Shown here in pieces: positions 16,478 to 21,367 of a DNA stretch of 21,367 nucleotides (within the stretch, counting starts at the first letter, position 1; each line of letters starts with the position of its first letter). This stretch comes from Promethearchaeota archaeon (GTDB lineage: Archaea > Asgardarchaeota > Lokiarchaeia > Sigyniarchaeales > SOKP01). A program made the translations under genes and the position numbers. The notes under the pieces are model-generated. The model ran no database searches. It worked only from the letters and a program-made list of their open reading frames with translations, and had not been told where the DNA came from. Location: assembly GCA_019058245.1 (NCBI GenBank), contig JAHPZJ010000018.1, positions 1-21,367 of the forward strand, read 5' to 3'.

Positions 16478-18232
16478 TTATATTTCACTTCTAATTTCTT
16501 TTTTAGCGTTTTTGTTTTTTTTAAATCTACGTAATAACCTTGAAAATCTCAACTTTTTCCCATTAAACTCAAGTTCATTAAGTGCTTGTTCTTGATAAGC
16601 AATAAAGAGTTTTTCGGAGAAAATCTCCCAATCTCGACAAATTTTTAAAGTTTTTTCATCGTTTCTGAGAATATTATCATGAGACATTATTCGATTAAAC
16701 TCTTCAGCATATTCATCTACTAAATCTTTACTTGCGCCTTTGAGTAAATCCTTACAAAAATCAACTGCAGAATACCATTTTTCAACTCTAGAAAAATCTC
16801 TATGAATTTGAGTTAATAAAACATTTCTAGGGCCTTCCCATAATTCCATAATCATAGAATCACGATGTAAACGAGGAAATGATAAAAAATCTTCCATTAC
16901 ACCATGACCTCCAAAGAAAGAGATTGCTTTTCGTATCATTTTCGGAGTTTCATCTGCTACTACAATTTTTTGCAGCATAATCAATTCCCTTAATCTAAAT
17001 CGACGTTTCCTTTCTTCGATATCTTCAATAGACTCTAGTTCTGTTATTCCACTGATTAATTCTTCATCGAAATGAATAAATTCTGAATAAATTTTGAAAG
17101 CTCCTGTTGCAGTTCTTTTTGAAAAATGTTCTACCTCGTTTATTTGATTTATCATCATTGGAAATGAAGATACAGGAACTCCAAAAGCAGATCGGAATTG
17201 GGAATATAATATAGCTTCTCTTGCAACTCTTAGCGCTCCCGCAGCCATTCCAAAAGCAACATGTAACCTTGAAAGAGAGAGTACTATACCAACAACATCG
17301 GAGAGGCCCTTTTCTAATGGACCTATAGGGTATGCTACTGCTCCATTATATGTAATCTCTGCTGTAGGTAATTCAGCGGTTCCCAATTTTGGTTTTAACC
17401 GATCAAGGGTATAGGAATTTCTTATTTCTTGTTCCTTGTTTCCAGGAAGCCAAGAAGGCACAACAAAAGCAGCTATTCTGGTTGATGATGATGTATTTTT
17501 TGGTTTAGCGGTGACTAATGCGTACTCAGTATGAGCAGCAGAACAAAAGAATTTCTGACCATATAACCTCCAGCAATTTGAAAATCCATCAAGACCTTCT
17601 TCCTTTTCAAAAACAGCTTCGACTAGATTTGCTGGAACATCACTCCCTCCTTGAATCTCACTAACAAATTGAGATCCTTTACTATACTCACCATCAATAC
17701 CATCTCTTAAGTTTTTAAGAATATCAAAAGCTTCAGGAGTTAGTTCTTTCTCATATTTTTTCAATAACCACACTAGACCTTGTGTACAGGCCACAGGACA
17801 CATTACACCTGATTCTCCGTTCTCATATAACAAAAACATTTTCACAAATCTACTCCATGATGTATTTCTTGCAGGATCGAATAATCCAAGACTAAAAACT
17901 TCACGTTCTAATATCTCAGTTTCTGAACATCTCTCAATCCGATCAATTCTATGATTATGTGCATCAAAATGTTTTATTTTTGTAACTTTTATTCTATTTT
18001 CAAGTTCATTCGCAGTATCTGCTAAACTTCGAAATCTGAAAGAAACATAATCAGATAAAGCAATGAGATCTCTATTTATAGTCTCAAATTCATCTTGAGG
18101 TATATATTTCTTAACAAGAGCTTGAAAAAATTCATCATCTTTATAATAATTAAAATGATTTCTAACAAATAAAAAATCATCAAACGTATATTTATTATTT
18201 CGATTTCCTTCTTGTGATGAAATATTTTTCAC
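16478..18232 (-). CDS. Acyl-CoA dehydrogenase family protein (AidB-like)
   Basis: Motifs MCPVACT, SEIQGGSDV, YGQKFFCS, LDRLKPKLGT, RSAFG, FGGHG and LWEGPRNV. GTG start. Confidence 0.88.
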   Translation of the reverse strand: MKNISSQEGNRNNKYTFDDFLFVRNHFNYYKDDEFFQALVKKYIPQDEFETINRDLIALSDYVSFRFRSLADTANELENRIKVTKIKHFDAHNHRIDRIERCSETEILEREVFSLGLFDPARNTSWSRFVKMFLLYENGESGVMCPVACTQGLVWLLKKYEKELTPEAFDILKNLRDGIDGEYSKGSQFVSEIQGGSDVPANLVEAVFEKEEGLDGFSNCWRLYGQKFFCSAAHTEYALVTAKPKNTSSSTRIAAFVVPSWLPGNKEQEIRNSYTLDRLKPKLGTAELPTAEITYNGAVAYPIGPLEKGLSDVVGIVLSLSRLHVAFGMAAGALRVAREAILYSQFRSAFGVPVSSFPMMINQINEVEHFSKRTATGAFKIYSEFIHFDEELISGITELESIEDIEERKRRFRLRELIMLQKIVVADETPKMIRKAISFFGGHGVMEDFLSFPRLHRDSMIMELWEGPRNVLLTQIHRDFSRVEKWYSAVDFCKDLLKGASKDLVDEYAEEFNRIMSHDNILRNDEKTLKICRDWEIFSEKLFIAYQEQALNELEFNGKKLRFSRLLRRFKKNKNAKKEIRSEI

Positions 18233-18351
18233 CTTAAGATTTTAAAATTAAAAAATAAATGAGATTATGTAAAATTACTGAGTTTTAGTTAATTATATAG
18301 TTATTAAGTAGATAAATAACAATAATTTAATAATAATTATTATTAAGTTTT

Positions 18352-19155
18352 TTATTCTTCTGATTCTTCACTAGAGTCATTATTTGAGGAATTACCTTTT
18401 GATACTTTATCTGAAGATTGAGATTCGTTTTTTGGATGCCACAGTTTTTTTACATTAATCCTTTCAGATCGTTTTATTTCTGATTTTCTAGATCTTTTTA
18501 CATCTACTTCAATAATATCGAATTGTTCATCAGGAACTTCTTTATCCTCTCCTCCTTCAGGAATAGAAATAAGTTTACTCTTAATTAATACTGAATTAGA
18601 TAAAGGATAGATAGTTTTAGCAACTCGTTGAATTTGGTTATCGAGTTCCCGTGAAATCATTGCTTTAATAAATTTCTCATGATTATATAGAGAAGCAAAT
18701 TCGCGTAATACCTCATCCATTATTTTTCGTATTAGATCAATTTGAGAACTTCTTGCTCTTTTAATTGTAGTACAGATTCCAGTTACCCGAAAAATGTAAC
18801 CATCTTTAGTCGTTAAATTTTTTATTATTTGAATTTTTGAGCTACCTCTTCCAATCAAAGATCTAATATAATCACTTGTGTATTGATGACTGGCAAAAAT
18901 AGTTTCTGCTCTTCCACTCTCTATATTTACATTAGTCACTTTAAAAAGAAGTTTTAGACTTATATCCGAATACTTTCCAGTAAAGTCATAGAGAAGATTC
19001 TCCACAGTTCTTCCAATAATCGTGTCTTCTAATCCTATTATTTCTCCAATTTCTTTGTTATTAAAAATTTTAGGAGCAAAAATTTTAATCCATTTTTTAT
19101 CTCCCCATTTGACTTTTTTAACTTTTGGCTTTTTTTTTTTCGCTTTTGAACTCAA
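18352..19155 (-). CDS. rps3ae: 30S ribosomal protein S3Ae (eS1) with C-terminal extension
   Basis: Motifs KKWIKIFAP, IGRTVE..L.D, DYIRSL, TKDGY.FRV, QIDLIRKIM and IYPL. TTG start with GAGGT at 19165-19169. Confidence 0.93.
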   Translation of the reverse strand: MSSKAKKKKPKVKKVKWGDKKWIKIFAPKIFNNKEIGEIIGLEDTIIGRTVENLLYDFTGKYSDISLKLLFKVTNVNIESGRAETIFASHQYTSDYIRSLIGRGSSKIQIIKNLTTKDGYIFRVTGICTTIKRARSSQIDLIRKIMDEVLREFASLYNHEKFIKAMISRELDNQIQRVAKTIYPLSNSVLIKSKLISIPEGGEDKEVPDEQFDIIEVDVKRSRKSEIKRSERINVKKLWHPKNESQSSDKVSKGNSSNNDSSEESEE

Positions 19156-19170
19156 TTAAATTTTACCTCT

Positions 19171-19629
19171 TTATCTCGCAACTAATGTTCTAATCTTTTC
19201 TGGATCATATTTAAAATCATCTGCTAATACTTTCTTCTTTTTGTAGTATTTGATTAACCTGTAGATCTTTGACTCGCAGCGGTTAAGTCCCTTCTTGGAC
19301 TCTAGGTCTTTGTGGTTTGTTTCAAGATGTTTTCTAATATTTAAAGCCTTTTTTACTAAATTAGCAAGTTCTTCTGGTAAAGGACCTTTAATGTCATTTT
19401 CTTCAAGAATCTGACTAACTTTTTTACCAGATACGACTTTTACAAGTGGTACACCCCGAGCATCTCTCATTATTGTTCCAATCATTGATTTTGAGTGTCC
19501 TTTTTTTGCTAACTTGACAACTTCATTTTCAACCTCTTCGGGAGATAGCTCTACCCAGACCGGTTTTTCCAATCTCGCGGGGCGTGTACTTCCCGCTTTA
19601 CCCTTTTTTCTACTATGCATCCGAGCCAT
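19171..19629 (-). CDS. rps15: 30S ribosomal protein S15 (uS15)
   Basis: Motifs MARMHSRKKGKAGSTRP, SMIGTIMRD, LPEEL, HL..NHKD and ESKIYRLIKYYK. Confidence 0.97.
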   Translation of the reverse strand: MARMHSRKKGKAGSTRPARLEKPVWVELSPEEVENEVVKLAKKGHSKSMIGTIMRDARGVPLVKVVSGKKVSQILEENDIKGPLPEELANLVKKALNIRKHLETNHKDLESKKGLNRCESKIYRLIKYYKKKKVLADDFKYDPEKIRTLVAR

Positions 19630-19789
19630 AAAATCACAGAAAAAAACAATGCTTTCTCTTTTTGATATAATTTTTAATGAACTCTCAAAAATAAAATTTT
19701 TGGAATTTTGATGCTTTAAAAGAGAAATTCTATAAATTTTTATTGGATTAATTAGTTTCGATTATTAATTATTTGAAATTATAGCAATT

Positions 19790-20377
19790 ATGGAGAAAGA
19801 AGAAAATATACTTTATTTTGTAACTAGGAATACCTATAAATTCCACGAGATTTCAATTCTTTTTGAAGTAGCTAATATTAATTATACTCTAAAACAAAGC
19901 AAAGTAATGCCTACTGAAATCCAAGCAAATAATATAAAAGATGTGGCTTTATTTAAATTGAATAGTATAAAAGGACAAATTCATACCTCTTATTTTATAG
20001 AAGATGCAGGCTTTTTTGTAGATACTCCTCTAAATGGGTTTCCCGGTGTATATTCTTCATATGTCATGAAAACCATCGGTAATGAAGGCATACTAAATTT
20101 AATAGATAATTTTAACGAAGCTCAAGCTCATTTTACATCCGTAATTGCACTTTACTTTAAACCTCTCGATAAAAATTATTATTTTGAAGGAAATGTTTAT
20201 GGAAAGATTTCAAAAACTATAAGAGGATCAAGTGGTTTTGGATTCGATCCGATCTTTCTTCCTGATGCACATCCAAATAAGACCTTTGCAGAATTAACCA
20301 CAAAAGAGAAAAATAGAATTTCTCATAGAGGAATAGCCTGGAATAAGTTTATAAAATTTTTGAGAGAAAATAAATAA
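19790..20377 (+). CDS. rdgB: Non-canonical purine NTP pyrophosphatase (RdgB/HAM1/ITPase)
   Basis: Motifs FVT.N..K, EIQ, IEDAG, LNGFPGVYS, GFGFDPIF, TFAEL and KN.ISHRG. Confidence 0.95.
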   Translation: MEKEENILYFVTRNTYKFHEISILFEVANINYTLKQSKVMPTEIQANNIKDVALFKLNSIKGQIHTSYFIEDAGFFVDTPLNGFPGVYSSYVMKTIGNEGILNLIDNFNEAQAHFTSVIALYFKPLDKNYYFEGNVYGKISKTIRGSSGFGFDPIFLPDAHPNKTFAELTTKEKNRISHRGIAWNKFIKFLRENK

Positions 20378-20570
20378 GAAATTATTTTATAATTAACAGA
20401 TTATAAATAAAAAGTTATTCTAACAATAGTCATAATAGTGGAATAAATAAATTTATAAAAATCACCTTAAAAAAGAGAAAGAAAATAGAGAAATTGAAAC
20501 CTTAAAAGATTAATCCTTGAAGGATATGAATTATTTAATTAAAAAAAAATGTCAAATTATGAATTAGAAA

Positions 20571-21367
20571 ATGAATAATAGGAATAAAATAATAAATTGG
20601 GGAATTTTAGGATGTGGTAGGATAGCGTATATGTTTGCTGAAGGATTAAATACACTTCATAATGCAAAATTAGAAGCTGTTGCTTCAAAAACACAAAATA
20701 AAGCTGAGAGTTTTGGTAAAAGGTTTGGTGTAAAAAATATATATAATAATTATGAAGAATTAGTGGAAAATCCTGCAGTAAATATAATATATATTGCTAC
20801 TACTCATAATTTCCATTATGAAAATGTAATTCTCTGTTTAAATCATGAAAAACCAGTCCTCTGCGAAAAACCTTTTACTTTGAATGCAGTCCAAGCTGAA
20901 AATATAATTAAGATTGCCCAAAACAAAAAAATATTTTTAATGGAAGCAATGTGGACAAGATTTTTACCCTGTATTGTTAAGTTAAATGAATTGTTAGACA
21001 TGAATGTTTTAGGGGAAATTCAACACTTTAAAGCTGACTTTGGGATTAAAAAGAAATTAGATCCTAAAGAAAGGTTTTTTAATATTGAATTAGGTGGTGG
21101 GGCATTACTTGATCTAGGCGTTTATCCTATTTCATTAGCAAGAATGATATATAAACAATCTCCTTCAAGAATTATGAGTAGTGCATACATAGGAGAAACT
21201 GGAGTGGATGAAAAGTCTTGTTATCTATTTGAGTATGAAAACGGACAAACCGCTATGCTCTCTTCCTCAAATAGGCTGATAATGCCGCATAATGCTTCTA
21301 TATTTGGAACTAAAGGATATATTGAGATTCCTAATTTTTATCATCCCTCAAAAATGATTTTAAAATT
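20571..21367 (+). CDS. Gfo/Idh/MocA-family oxidoreductase, runs off the window end
   Basis: Absent from the ORF track because no stop falls in the window. Manual translation: MNNRNKIINWGILGCGRIA...IYIATTHNFH...VLCEKPFTLN...FLMEAMWTRFLP...GGGALLDLGVY. Confidence 0.92.
   Translation, partial: MNNRNKIINWGILGCGRIAYMFAEGLNTLHNAKLEAVASKTQNKAESFGKRFGVKNIYNNYEELVENPAVNIIYIATTHNFHYENVILCLNHEKPVLCEKPFTLNAVQAENIIKIAQNKKIFLMEAMWTRFLPCIVKLNELLDMNVLGEIQHFKADFGIKKKLDPKERFFNIELGGGALLDLGVYPISLARMIYKQSPSRIMSSAYIGETGVDEKSCYLFEYENGQTAMLSSSNRLIMPHNASIFGTKGYIEIPNFYHPSKMILK

Noticed and set aside
1-21367. CRISPR array, IS element, prophage or defence island
   Set aside because: No regularly spaced repeats and no transposase, phage or defence-type ORFs seen.

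Overview
Low-GC archaeal chromosomal DNA, most likely from an Asgard archaeon of the Lokiarchaeia type. This assignment is inferred from archaeal rps15/rps3ae, archaeal PGK and GlmU, an archaeal tRNA, and two stand-alone longin/roadblock-fold proteins. I saw no mobile element or CRISPR array. Housekeeping content: pgk, ADP-forming acyl-CoA ligase alpha subunit, rubrerythrin, radical SAM protein, sirtuin, glmU, AidB-like acyl-CoA dehydrogenase, rps15-rps3ae, ITPase, and a Gfo/Idh/MocA oxidoreductase truncated by the window end. The main points of interest are: (1) tRNA-Val(GAC) with a 29-nt non-canonical D-loop intron at position 15/16; (2) a loose nickel locus with larB, larC and a NikR carrying a His-rich insertion, with no larA or larE in the window and a degenerate alkaline-phosphatase-fold gene divergent from larC; (3) a short alpha3-truncated, non-HMf histone; (4) two double-domain longin/roadblock proteins; (5) an unexplained ~100-nt structured intergenic element. 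All protein calls are from motif recognition by eye; no database searches were run.
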